From the NCBI GenBank assembly GCA_964016885.1, contig OZ024749.1, forward strand, positions 18,476,001 to 18,540,000: a stretch of 64,000 nt of DNA. The letters run 5' to 3'. A program made the position numbers and the translations under genes. The notes beneath the pieces are model-generated. The model did no database searches. It was given only the letters and a program-made list of their open reading frames with translations, and had not been told where the DNA came from. The stretch is from Eledone cirrhosa. Its lineage: Eukaryota. Below, piece by piece: positions 1 through 15,295 of this stretch (the first letter of the stretch is position 1; each line of letters begins with the position of its first letter).

Positions 1-757
1 ACATGATGGTATCAATTTTAGGAAATGAATTTTGTAATAGGGAAAGCTAAATTAAGTATTTCATCGGTAGTAGAATATTAATTATAGGTTAACTAAATTA
101 AAAATTATATATTAATTTCTATAGTATATGTTAATTAGGTTTATAATAATTAAAGCAAAATTTTGTATTTTATCTATAGTAGAATATAATAATAGGTTAA
201 CTAAATAGGTTAACTAAATTAATATTAATTAGGTATATATTAATTAGGTATATATAGTAGAATATAGTAGAATGTAATAATAGGTTAACTAAATAGGTTA
301 ACTAAATTAATATTAATTAGGTATATATTTATATGTTTTTCTCAGTTTATGATTACACGATATTCTGCAATCCATCTGTATTAGAATTTTAATTATAAGC
401 TAACTAAATTAAAATTATAGGTTAACTAAATTAAAATTAATTTATAAATTAATTTCTAAATTGTATATTAATTAGGTTTATAATATTAAAAAGTATTTCT
501 CCGTTATTAATTACATGATATTTTGTTGTATTTCATCTGTAAAAGAATTTTAATAAAAGGTTAAATAAACTAGAATTAATCTATATATTAATTTCCAAAT
601 TATATATTAATTATGTTAATAATATTTAATTGTTTTTCACAGTTTATGATTATACGATATTTTTTAATTTCATCTATAGTAGAAATTTAATTAAATTAAA
701 ATTATAGGCTAACTACATTAAAATTAATTTATATATTAATTTCTAAAATATATATTA

Positions 758-2890
758 TTAATTAGGTTTATAATATTTAAATGTTTTTCTCAGTTTATGA
801 TTACACGATATAATTAATTCCTGTCGCTTATTTAATAGGATATCCTTAGATTTCATTATTTCAAATAGTTCTTGGGAACACAATCTACATTCATTTCTAT
901 TATTTTGATAAGGGGTGGCTCTTTTGAGCACACTCCAGGTCATATCATATTCTATATTCTTATTTCTATAACTATTAATTTTTTCTGCTAGAGATGTTGT
1001 ATTAGCCAGTGCGGCATTTTTAAAACTATGTTTGTGGGTATTAAACCTTACCTTAAAATTGTTAGAAGTAGCTCCTATATATGAGCAAATAGAATCTTTA
1101 GTTTTAATTTTACATTTATAAACTATGTTGTTAACAAGACAATTTCCTTTTAATGGGCAGTTTGCTTTGTTTCTACAGTTACAACCTTTCGTTAATTCTG
1201 TATTTGAGGAGATATTATAGTTAGTTTGATGTATTGGTGGTATACTTATGGTTTTTTACATTTATATGCATTATAGGCACTTATATTTTGTTTTATGTTT
1301 TTGGTTGTTGAGTATGAGAATTTAACTGTTGATCTATTTAAGATTTGATGGTATTTGTGGTTTGGCGGGAAGTTTTTCTCTAGGATATTAAAAAATTTTT
1401 TAGGTATATTATCCTTAGTTTGTATATTAAATGGAGCATTATACCAAGTAACTCGTCTATTACAGTTTCTATGTTGTTTATTGTTTTTATAGGATGCATC
1501 CTGATGTTTACTAGGAGGATTAATGTTAATGACCTCACCACACACATTTTTAGTTATATTTATTGATTTAGGTGTTTTAGCTTGTTTATTAGGAGTTTTA
1601 TTATTAACATTTATTAGAGTTATATGATGAGTAGTTTTTTGAGAGTTACTATACTTTATATTAGAGGAGTTAGAGAAATTTGGTTTTATGTTGGTATTTT
1701 GGGGTATAGTGTGAGTGGCATTTAGGTGTGTACTTTTCATTTGGTGTTTGTTGGTAATATTAGGTTGTATGTTTATAGTGTTATTAGTAGAAGGTATATA
1801 TTCCAATCTATTTTTGTGGCCACTTCTATCTAGAGCTTCGTTATAGAAGGTCGCATTTTTATCAAATACATCTTGGTTAGACGAAAGGTTAGAAATTCTA
1901 AGTGATATATTATATGCAAGGTTTTTAAGGATAGATTTAGGGTGATTAGATTGTGAGTGTATGTAGTGTAAGTTTTGGTTGGGTTTATGGTAAGGTTGGT
2001 ATATACCCGTAGCTAAGTCTAAAGTTATATCTAGGAAATTAACCACTTTACTTGTGTTTTCAAAAGTAATATCAAGACTATAATAGTCTTTAAGGAAAGT
2101 TCTAATAAGCTTTTTGTTTTTTTCTATTCCTGAGAGGCTAAGGTTGTTGGAAAGAAGAAGACAGTCATCACGATATAAACCACCTTTAAGGTGGGGAAAG
2201 GAAGCATTTATGTTAAAAAGAAGAAAGAGGCCCACAAGATCAGTAATTTGGGCAGAATCGCTTGAACCCATAGTAATATCAAATAGATTACTATATGTGT
2301 TTCTGGTCCAGTATTCATTCTGAAATTCAATAAGTGTTAGTCTAGCATGTGTAATAATATTAATGTCATCCAAAGTTAAGTTAGATCTATTTTTAGCAAA
2401 TATCAAAGCTTTGTTCAGGAGTATAGGTGACATAGAAGAATAGTAATTATCTATATCAAATTGTAGAAATGAAGCAGAAGATTTACGTCTAATATTATTA
2501 AATCAGTTAATTACCTGGGAAGTGTTTTCCCAGAGTGGTAAATTAACATGTTTTCTTATTTGTGGGATGACTCTATCCAAAATTTTTTTGCTAATTATTC
2601 CAATATCCGATTTGGAGGGACATATAAGTCTTATAGAAGGATTTGAGTTAAAGTTTGATTTATGATCATTCAGGTTGAAGCGTGGTCTTTTCAATGCCAA
2701 AGGTTCAGTTCTATCTTCAATATTTAGTTTATTCACTATGTTGTGTGTTTTGTTGTTGATGTTGGTGAGTGACGCATTATTAGTTTTTCTATAATTTTTC
2801 CTGAGTTCTTTATATATGAACTCATTGTAATTTTCAATATCCATATGATATAAGTTTCCAGTTTTGTCCGAGTGGACATGGATTTTTTTA
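758..2890 (-). pseudogene. Disrupted PLE RT + GIY-YIG ORF (family A)
   Basis: ORFs 2503..2844, 1246..2433 and 758..943 are consecutive pieces of the protein seen at 40837-43232. Confidence 0.9.
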
Positions 2891-4523
2891 TGTAGTAGTT
2901 AATTTCCTAGATATAACTTTAGACTTAGCTACGGGTATCTACCAACCTTACCATAAACCCAACCAAAACTTACACTACATACACTCACAATCTAATCACC
3001 CTAAATCTATCCTTAAAAACCTTGCATATAATATATCACTTAGAATTTCTAACCTTTCGTCTAACCAAGATGTATTTGATAAAAATGCGACCTTCTATAA
3101 CGAAGCTCTAGATAGAAGTGGCCACAAAAATAGATTGGAATATATACCTTCTACTAATAACACTATAAACATACAACCTAATATTACCAACAAACACCAA
3201 ATGAAAAGTACACACCTAAATGCCACTCACACTATACCCCAAAATACCAACATAAAACCAAATTTCTCTAACTCCTCTAATATAAAGTATAGTAACTCTC
3301 AAAAAACTACTCATCATACAACTCTAATAGATGTTAATAATAAAACTCCTAATAAACAAGCTAAAACACCTAAATCAATAAATATAACTAAAAATGTGTG
3401 TGGTGAGGTCATTAACATTAATCCTCCTAGTAAACATCAGGATGCATCCTATAAAAACTATAAACAACATAGAAACCGTAATAGACGAGTTACTTGGTAT
3501 AATGCTCCATTTAATTTACAAATTAAGGATAATATACCTAAAAAAATGTTTAATATCATGTAATTAATAACGGAGAAATACTTTTTAATATTATAAACCT
3601 AATTAATATACAATTTAGAAATTAATTTATGAATTAATTTTAATTTAGTTAACCTATAATTTTAATTTAGTTAGCTTATAATTAAAATTCTAATACAGAT
3701 GGATTGCAGAATATCGTGTAATCATAAACTGAGAAAAACATATAAATATATACCTAATTAATATTAATTTAGTTAACCTATTTAGTTAACCTATTATTAT
3801 ATTCTACTATATTCTACTATATATACCTAATTAATATATACCTAATTAATATTAATTTAGTTAACCTATTTAGTTAACCTATTATTATATTCTACTATAG
3901 ATAAAATACAAAATTTTGCTTTAATTATTATAAACCTAATTAACATATACTATAGAAATTAATATATAATTTTTAATTTAGTTAACCTATAATTAATATT
4001 CTACTACCGATGAAATACTTAATTTGGCTTTCCCTATTACAAAATTCATTTCCTAAAATTGATACCATCATGTTAATATATGTAATTATTTTTAATTTAG
4101 TTATGCTATAATTAATACTCTACTACTGTTTAACTTCAAAATTCCGCTTTAAATATTATAAACCTAAGTAGTATACACCTTAGAAATTAATATATTAACT
4201 ATTTTTACTTTAATTAACCTATGATTAATAGTCTACTTATATTAAAATACATAATTTAGCCTTCTTTCTTACAAATACCATTCCCTAATACTGACACAAC
4301 TATGTAAACACATATTATGATTTAACTGCAGATTATTATTCTATGTTCCTTGAAACCTATATATTTACTATTTCCCACTAATAATTTTAACCCCCCCCCC
4401 CCAATAATTATTCGTATTTGTAAGCGTGGATGTATGTATGTGTATGTAAGTGTGTATGTATGTTTGTGTGTTTGTATGTGAGTATAAGAATACATCTGTG
4501 GGCATGTAAATATGTGTGTATGA

Positions 4524-4621
<98 letters not shown>

Positions 4622-4949
4622 GTATATATATGTGTGTGTATGTATGTGTATGTATATGTATTTGTAGAGATGTGTGTATGTATGTGTATATATGTGCATA
4701 TGTGTCTGACTGTGTGTATTTATATATATATATGTATATATATATGTGTGTGTGTGTATGTATGTCTCAATATATATGTATGTCTGAGTGTGTGTGTGTG
4801 TGTGGTTGTGTATATATACATGGGTATGTGTATGTGTATGTATATATATATATATATATGTGTGTATGTATGTGTGTGTGTATATATATATATATGTGTG
4901 TATGTATGTGTATATATATATGTGTGTGTATATATATGTGTGTTGTGTG

Positions 4950-4991
<42 letters not shown>

Positions 4992-5459
4992 TGTATTTAT
5001 ATGTATGGGTATATGTTTTACTTATTTTTATGTATATGCATACAAACAGGTTAATATGTGTGAGGTTTAGTATGTGTATGTGTGTGTGTGTACGTATGTA
5101 TGTATCGAACGTATGGATGTGTAAATGTGCGTATGTATATAAGCATGTATATTTTATGTCTCTCTTTTATGTTTTTTTATGTTTTTTTTATATCTCTTTT
5201 GTGAGACATTCGCGTCTGTGTATGTACGTACCCAGCCCTTATTTTTTGTTCCCCCGTTTTTAAGTTTGTTCCTTCTATAACATTTTTTTTTTATTTCTAA
5301 CTTTATAGATACATTTTTATAAATATGTCGAGTTTGACACCTTCCTTTAATTACTTACTCCCTTACCTCCTTTACTTCTGCATCTGAATCTAAGTGTGTG
5401 TGGGCGTGTTTATGTGAGCGCCTCAATATCCATATAGTTATAATAATAATATATACGTA

Positions 5460-5494
<35 letters not shown>

Positions 5495-5852
5495 TCGTAT
5501 GTATGTGTGTGTTTATGTATATATGCGTGTGTGTGTATGCATGTATGTATATGTGTGTATATATATATATGTATATATATATGTATATATATATATGTAT
5601 ATTTTGTCTGTAGATTGTAAACATACAGATACATTAGCCCTAAATTTTTTATATTTACATACACTTTTTCAACATGCGTATGCATATGAACATACATTTT
5701 TATGCATATCTGTGAACGAATTTACTTACATATATACACACACCTAACTGTATTTTCTTGATGAATTTTTATGTGTTTCATTGGTCTATTTAAAATCTGT
5801 TCCCAAACAGACCTCTAATTTTGAATTGTTGTTATTATCAATAAATATACAT

Positions 5853-5991
5853 CATTATTTCTGAAGACAGCATATATATGTGATGGTATGTATATTCTCC
5901 TTGATAGTTTGTATAATTTTGTACATAGATCTTTTGAATATGCATACCAATTCTAACACATATATGTCCTAGAAACGATCGTAAAATAATG
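5853..5991 (+). ncRNA. Type-I hammerhead ribozyme with very long stem II (family A pLTR)
   Basis: CATTATTT-CTGAAGA-[~100-nt hairpin]-GAAA-CGATCG-TA-AAATAATG; stem I is CATTATTT/AAATAATG and the cleavage triplet is GUA. Confidence 0.8.
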
Positions 5992-6190
5992 AACTTTTTT
6001 TGTTTAATATAAGGAACTGTTTCTTTGTTTTATTCATTAATTTTTTAATATTTTATCTTGACTCTGTATTCCGTTTATCTTTCACCGAAAGTGATTTTGA
6101 ATGCATCTCTTCTTTTCATGATATCCGGATTACATTGAGTTCTTCATACGGATTGGACACTACCGTAAACTTTTGGTAGATTTATCTACA

Positions 6191-7444
<1,254 letters not shown>

Positions 7445-8470
7445 AATATATATATATAAATATAACTTTGAAATGTTTTGGCCAGTATTGGCCCAGGCCA
7501 TGTCTAACTTAATAGCACCACCTGGCGAAGTCTTTCAATTCAGGATTTGGGCACCATGGCCCATTCGAGAAGAGAATTACTGTTTGCGGAGACATATCCG
7601 GGTGTGGGTGGTTTGTCCGGGATTACTTGGAGGAATTTGTCCAAAGGTCCAAAGACTTCTTGAATTTTGTGTGGTCAGTTTCTGTTTTGACGTGTCCTGG
7701 TGTGATGTTGAAGAGAGCAGGGCCGATTGAGGTGAAATAATTGTGCCGTATGTTGTTATGAGTTGCGATTTAGATTTTTGAATGGGACGGATAGCACGGG
7801 GCCCAAGCCTTGGGTGTATCTTGAACAGTGGCAGTGATGATGGAACATTTTCCACATCATGCCGATAATATAACGCTCACGGCGACGTTGGAGTGAGTAA
7901 AGTTTCAGGTTTTCTAGTCGACCCCAGTAGTCAAGGTCTGACATGCCATCTATCTTTTTCGTGATTGCCCTTTGAGGAGCTTCAAGTTTCATGATACTTT
8001 GTTTCGTGTGGGGAGACCACAGTGGACAACAGTATTCAAGGTGTGGTCGGGCAAAAGTAGAGAAGAGAAGGATAATGGTGTGGGAATCTCTCGACTGGAA
8101 GGTTCTGAGGATCCAGGAACACATTCTGCGGGCCATGTCAACTTTGCTGCTTATATGCGTGGCCCAGCTTATGTTGATGTCCACGGTTACTCCCAAGTCT
8201 CTGATGTTGTTAGATGCCACGAGAGTTTCCCCGGAGGGAAGGGAGTACGGGAGTTTCAGAGCATCCTCTTTTCCAAAGTGGATCAGTTCGAATTTGCCTT
8301 CGTTCAGTAACATGTTGTTCTTTTCCGCCCATTGGGTAACAGCCAGTAGGTCTGACTGAAGGCTTATCCGGTCATCCACGCCATTGACTACCTTTTGGAG
8401 CTTGGAATCATCAGCGAAAATGTTAATGTTGCTGTTTGATGATGTCAGTGATGTCATTAATATAGATGAT
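7445..8470 (-). mobile_element. 5'-truncated non-LTR retrotransposon (CR1/L2-like LINE): RT C-terminus and 3'UTR
   Basis: ORF 7756..8457 contains FADDSKL, LQSDL..W, RDLGVTVD, RPHLEYCCPLWSP and SLQRRRER, typical of CR1-group RT C-termini; the 3' end abuts (TA)n. Confidence 0.85.
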
Positions 8471-8578
8471 GAAATATATATATAAAATATATATATAATA
8501 TATATATATTTATATATATATATTTATATATTTATATATATATATATTCATGTATGTTATATATATATATATATAAAT

Positions 8579-8611
<33 letters not shown>

Positions 8612-8612
8612 A

Positions 8613-8687
<75 letters not shown>

Positions 8688-8710
8688 AATATATATATGT
8701 ATATATATAA

Positions 8711-8822
<112 letters not shown>

Positions 8823-8878
8823 ATATATATATATATATAAATATATATATATATAAACATATATATATATAAACATAT

Positions 8879-9038
8879 ATTTCATTCTGAGGATTGAAAG
8901 CAAAACCTTTTGCTTTTAAGAAACCACTGGTAAATGGAATAATTGCCTTATGTTGTTTATTACATAATAATAATAATTAAGCTCTGTTGCATACATAGAG
9001 CACTCTTTTTCCTGGACTTTTCCGATGGAATTACTTCA
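8879..9038 (+). mobile_element. ~160-bp PLE-like 3'-end fragment with HHR (8879-8940)
   Basis: ATTTCATT-CTGAGGA-TTGAAAGCAAAACCTTTTGCTTTTAA-GAAA-CCACTGG-TA-AATGGAAT, flanked by (TA)n on both sides. Confidence 0.75.
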
Positions 9039-9420
9039 TAAATATATATATATATAAATATATAAATATATATATACAAATATATATATATATAAATATA
9101 TAAATATATATATACAAATATATATATATATATAAATATATAAATATAAATATATATATAAATATATAAATATATAAATATATATATACAAATATATATA
9201 TATATATATAAATATATAAATATAAATATATATATAAATATATAAATATTAATATATATATAAATATATATATATAAATATATATATATATAAATATATA
9301 AATATATATATATAAATATATATATATATTTATATATATAAATATATATATATACATATAAATATATAAATATATATATATAAATATATATATATAAATA
9401 TATATATATATAAATATATA

Positions 9421-9454
<34 letters not shown>

Positions 9455-9488
9455 AATATATAAATATATATAAATATATATATATATA

Positions 9489-9526
<38 letters not shown>

Positions 9527-9527
9527 A

Positions 9528-9599
<72 letters not shown>

Positions 9600-9652
9600 G
9601 TATAAATATATAAATATATATATATATAAATATATAAATATATATATAATAT

Positions 9653-9683
<31 letters not shown>

Positions 9684-9734
9684 AATATATATATATATAA
9701 ATATATAAATATATATATAATATATATATATATA

Positions 9735-9768
<34 letters not shown>

Positions 9769-9784
9769 AATATATAAATATATA

Positions 9785-9820
<36 letters not shown>

Positions 9821-9821
9821 A

Positions 9822-9898
<77 letters not shown>

Positions 9899-9954
9899 AA
9901 TATATATATATAAATATAAATATATATATAAATATATAAATATTAATATATATA
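9039..9954. repeat. Interrupted (TA)n array with ~694-bp higher-order periodicity
   Basis: The rare marker TATAAATATTAATAT occurs near 9243 and near 9935, and the pattern starting at 9251 recurs starting at 13696. Confidence 0.75.
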
Positions 9955-10487
9955 TAAATGTAAGTATGCATGTATTCGTACATACATATATGTATACAGA
10001 CGTACAGTAGTATGCATATATATATATATATATACATATATATATACATATGCATACAGGTACACATACATATATGCACGTATCAGTTTAGCGGCGCTTA
10101 TTATAACGTCGCTTTGTTCGTTTGTAAACAAACTGAACAGCCTGAATTTATGCCATACGGTGTTAAGGCAACCACGTCACCTTTTTGTTCAACACTGACA
10201 CAGGAACGATGTACTAGTTTCAAGCTTGTTAGCTATCATCAGCACCGTTTACCCATCTGCCAGATAGTTGAACGTTCGAAAGTATATACTTTCCTTATGA
10301 AAATTAACGGCTGAGCAGCCTAATTTGCATATTGAGTGAGTTAAATCGGTCAGGCATACCGAAAACGATAAATTGAAACAAAATGAAAACGAAATTTCAT
10401 TTCTCACTCTTAGTATGGCACTTACTTAAATGTAAGTATGCATGTATACGTACATACATATATGTATACAGACGTACAGTAGTATGC

Positions 10488-10518
<31 letters not shown>

Positions 10519-13134
10519 TATATACATATGCATACAGGTACACATACATATATGCACGTATCAGTTTAGCGGCGCTTATTATAACGTCGCTTTGTTCGTT
10601 TGTAAACAAACTGAACAGCCTGAATTTATGCCATACGGTGTTAAGGCAACCACGTCACCTTTTTGTTCAACACTGACACAGGAACGATGTACTAGTTTCA
10701 AGCTTGTTAGCTATCATCAGCACCGTTTACCCATCTGCCAGATAGTTGAACGTTCGAAAGTATATACTTTCCTTATGAAAATTAACGGCTGAGCAGCCTA
10801 ATTTGCATATTGAGTGAGTTAAATCGGTCAGGCATACCGAAAACGATAAATTGAAACAAAATGAAAACGAAATTTCATTTCTCACTCTTAGTATGGCACT
10901 TACTTAAATGTAAGTATGCATGTATACGTACATACATATATGTATACAGACGTACAGTAGTATGCATATATATATATATATATACATATATATATACATA
11001 TGCATACAGGTACACATACATATATGCACGTATCAGTTTAGCGGCGCTTATTATAACGTCGCTTTGTTCGTTTGTAAACAAACTGAACAGCCTGAATTTA
11101 TGCCATACGGTGTTAAGGCAACCACGTCACCTTTTTGTTCAACACTGACACAGGAACGATGTACTAGTTTCAAGCTTGTTAGCTATCATCAGCACCGTTT
11201 ACCCATCTGCCAGATAGTTGAACGTTCGAAAGTATATACTTTCCTTATGAAAATTAACGGCTGAGCAGCCTAATTTGCATATTGAGTGAGTTAAATCGGT
11301 CAGGCATACCGAAAACGATAAATTGAAACAAAATGAAAACGAAATTTCATTTCTCACTCTTAGTATGGCACTTACTTAAATGTAAGTATGCATGTATACG
11401 TACATACATATATGTATACAGACGTACAGTAGTATGCATATATATATATATATACATATATATATACATATGCATACAGGTACACATACATATATGCACG
11501 TATCAGTTTAGCGGCGCTTATTATAACGTCGCTTTGTTCGTTTGTAAACAAACTGAACAGCCTGAATTTATGCCATACGGTGTTAAGGCAACCACGTCAC
11601 CTTTTTGTTCAACACTGACACAGGAACGATGTACTAGTTTCAAGCTTGTTAGCTATCATCAGCACCGTTTACCCATCTGCCAGATAGTTGAACGTTCGAA
11701 AGTATATACTTTCCTTATGAAAATTAACGGCTGAGCAGCCTAATTTGCATATTGAGTGAGTTAAATCGGTCAGGCATACCGAAAACGATAAATTGAAACA
11801 AAATGAAAACGAAATTTCATTTCTCACTCTTAGTATGGCACTTACTTAAATGTAAGTATGCATGTATACGTACATACATATATGTATACAGACGTACAGT
11901 AGTATGCATATATATATATATATATACATATATATATACATATGCATACAGGTACACATACATATATGCACGTATCAGTTTAGCGGCGCTTATTATAACG
12001 TCGCTTTGTTCGTTTGTAAACAAACTGAACAGCCTGAATTTATGCCATACGGTGTTAAGGCAACCACGTCACCTTTTTGTTCAACACTGACACAGGAACA
12101 ATGTACTAGTTTCAAGCTTGTTAGCTATCATCAGCACCGTTTACCCATCTGCCAGATAGTTGAACGTTCGAAAGTATATACTTTCCTTATGAAAATTAAC
12201 GGCTGAGCAGCCTAATTTGCATATTGAGTGAGTTAAATCGGTCAGGCATACCGAAAACGATAAATTGAAACAAAATGAAAACGAAATTTCATTTCTCACT
12301 CTTAGTATGGCACTTACTTAAATGTAAGTATGCATGTATACGTACATACATATATGTATACAGACGTACAGTAGTATGCATATATATATATATATATACA
12401 TATATATATACATATGCATACAGGTACACATACATATATGCACGTATCAGTTTAGCGGCGCTTATTATAACGTCGCTTTGTTCGTTTGTAAACAAACTGA
12501 ACAGCCTGAATTTATGCCATACGGTGTTAAGGCAACCACGTCACCTTTTTGTTCAACACTGACACAGGAACGATGTACTAGTTTCAAGCTTGTTAGCTAT
12601 CATCAGCACCGTTTACCCATCTGCCAGATAGTTGAACGTTCGAAAGTATATACTTTCCTTATGAAAATTAACGGCTGAGCAGCCTAATTTGCATATTGAG
12701 TGAGTTAAATCGGTCAGGCATACCGAAAACGATAAATTGAAATAAAATGAAAACGAAATTTCATTTCTCACTCTTAGTATGGCACTTACTTAAATGTAAG
12801 TATGCATGTATACGTACATACATATATGTATACAGACGTACAGTAGTATGCATATATATATATATATATATATACATATATATATACATATGCATACAGG
12901 TACACATACATATATGCACGTATTAGTTTAGCGGCGCTTATTATAACGTCGCTTTGTTCGTTTGTAAACAAACTGAACAGCCTGAATTTATGCCATACGG
13001 TGTTAAGGCAACCACGTCACCTTTTTGTTCAACACTGACACAGGAACGATGTACTAGTTTCAAGCTTGTTAGCTATCATAAGCACCGTTTATACATCTGC
13101 CAGATAGTTGAACGTTCGAAAGTATATACTTTCC
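9955..13134 (-). mobile_element. R1: tandem array of ~472-bp HHR-containing units (~6.7 units), retrozyme-like non-autonomous element
   Basis: Unit starts (TAAATG) at 9955, 10427, 10905, 11377, 11847, 12319 and 12791. Length variation lies in the internal (TA)n. There is one minus-strand HHR per unit (first at 10207-10247). Confidence 0.9.
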
Positions 13135-13697
13135 ATATATGTATGTACGTATACATGCATACTTACATTTAAGTAAGTGCCATACTAAGAGTGAGAAATG
13201 AAATTTCGTTTTCATTTTGTTTCAATTTATCGTTTTCGGTATGCCTGACCGATTTAACTCACTCAATATGCAAATTAGGCTGCTCAGCCGTTAATTTTCA
13301 TAAGGAAAGTATATACTTTCGAACGTTCAACTATCTGGCAGATGGGTAAACGGTGCTGATGATAGCTAACAAGCTTGAAACTAGTACATCGTTCCTGTGT
13401 CAGTGTTGAACAAAAAGGTGACGTGGTTGCCTTAACACCGTATGGCATAAATTCAGGCTGTTCAGTTTGTTTACAAACGAACAAAGCGACGTTATAATAA
13501 GCGCCGCTAAACTGATACGTGCATATATGTATGTGTACCTGTATGCATATGTATATATATATGTATATATATATATATATATGCATACTACTGTACGTCT
13601 GTATACATATATGTATGTACGTATACATGCATACTTACATTTAAGTAAGTGCCATACTAAGAGTGAGAAATGAAATTTCGTTTTCATTTTGTTTCAA
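13135..13697 (+). mobile_element. R1 inverted arm (~1.2 units) ending at the canonical 3' end
   Basis: Reverse complement of the array unit; ends GAAATGAAATTTCGTTTTCATTTTGTTTCAA followed by (TA)n. Confidence 0.9.
13351..13391 (+). ncRNA. Minimal type-I hammerhead ribozyme (R1)
   Basis: CGGTG-CTGATGA-TAGCTAACAAGCTT-GAAA-CTAG-TA-CATCG: complete catalytic core, palindromic stem III, GUA site. Confidence 0.88.
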
Positions 13698-13865
13698 TAT
13701 ATATATAAATATATATATATAAATATATATATATATAAATATATAAATATATATATATAAATATATATATATATTTATATATATAAATATATATATATAT
13801 ATATAAATATATAAATATATATATATAAATATATATATATAAATATATATATATATAAATATATA

Positions 13866-13899
<34 letters not shown>

Positions 13900-13912
13900 A
13901 ATATATAAATAT

Positions 13913-13975
<63 letters not shown>

Positions 13976-13976
13976 A

Positions 13977-14046
<70 letters not shown>

Positions 14047-14095
14047 GTATAAATATATAAATATATATATAAATATATAAATATATATATAATAT

Positions 14096-14126
<31 letters not shown>

Positions 14127-14179
14127 AATATATATATATATAAATATATAAATATATATATAATATATATATATATATA

Positions 14180-14213
<34 letters not shown>

Positions 14214-14229
14214 AATATATAAATATATA

Positions 14230-14430
<201 letters not shown>

Positions 14431-14433
14431 TAT

Positions 14434-14835
14434 GTAGATAAATCTACCAAAAGTTGACGGTAGTGTCCAATCCGTATGAAGAACTCAATGTAATCCGGAT
14501 ATCATGAAAAGAAGAGATGCATTCAAAAATCACTTTCGGTGAAAGATAAACGGAATACAGAGTCAAGATAAAATATTAAAAAAATAATGAATAAACAAAG
14601 AAACAGTTCCTTATATTAAACAAAAAAAGTTCATTATTTTACGATCGTTTCCAGGACATATATGTGTTAGAATTGGTATGCATATTCAAAAGATCTATGT
14701 ACAAAATTATACAAACTATCAATTCTAACACATATATGTCCTGGAAACGATCGTAAAATAATGAACTTTTTTTGTTTAATATAAGGAACTGTTTCTTTGT
14801 TTATTCATTATTTATTATTTTTTTAATATTTTATA
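14434..14835. mobile_element. Short two-armed family A insertion (minus arm 14434-14722, inverted arm ~14720-14835)
   Basis: Starts with the reverse complement of the canonical A end (GTAGATAAATCTACC), folds back at CAA microhomology, and is flanked by TATATATAAATATAT on both sides. Confidence 0.85.
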
Positions 14836-15264
14836 TATAAATATATATATATAAATATTAAATAAATGGAAACTATATTTATAAAACCATATTTATTTCG
14901 TTATATATATTTCAGGGATATCATATTAACAATATGTTATGCCATCTTCAGACAAAATACAATATAAACAGTCTTATAAATAAATAGATACGACATACCT
15001 TTCAATCACCTTGCATTTGGGAGGTTGATTTGGCAGTAAAAAATATTGTGGACAGTTGTAAAAAGAAAGAGACAAAGAGAGAAAGAAAGAGAAACGAAGA
15101 AAAAGAAGAAATGCATGTGACTAAATAGAGGGATATAGAAAGATAGATAAAGAGAAGAACTTCATGTAAAGAAACAGAGAGAAATATATATAGAGAAAGG
15201 AAAAAAGAAAGAGATAGATAGAGATAGATAGAGAAATTAGGAAGTTGAGTATCGGTTGATACAT

Positions 15265-15295
<31 letters not shown>

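Larger units (their letters stand above)
1..6190. mobile_element. Naiad-like PLE family A, copy A1: two 5'-truncated arms head-to-head (minus arm 1-~2890, running off the window; plus arm ~2894-6190)
   Basis: Minus arm encodes RT ([28 protein letters not shown]) and GIY-YIG with stops and frameshifts. Plus arm restarts at VVNFLD, has an internal deletion near 3558, then a long 3'UTR ending ...GGTAGATTTATCTACA followed by (TA)n. Confidence 0.9.

Noticed and set aside
2500-2510. In-frame TGA in A1 as possible selenocysteine
   Set aside because: A2 and A3 have TGG (Trp) at this position, so it is a nonsense mutation.
9970-13687. Repeated 60-130-aa ORFs in the R1 units, and a CRISPR-like appearance
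   Set aside because: No recognisable domains, frames shift with TA length and R2 does not conserve them. Units are wholly repeated with no unique spacers, and the context is eukaryotic.
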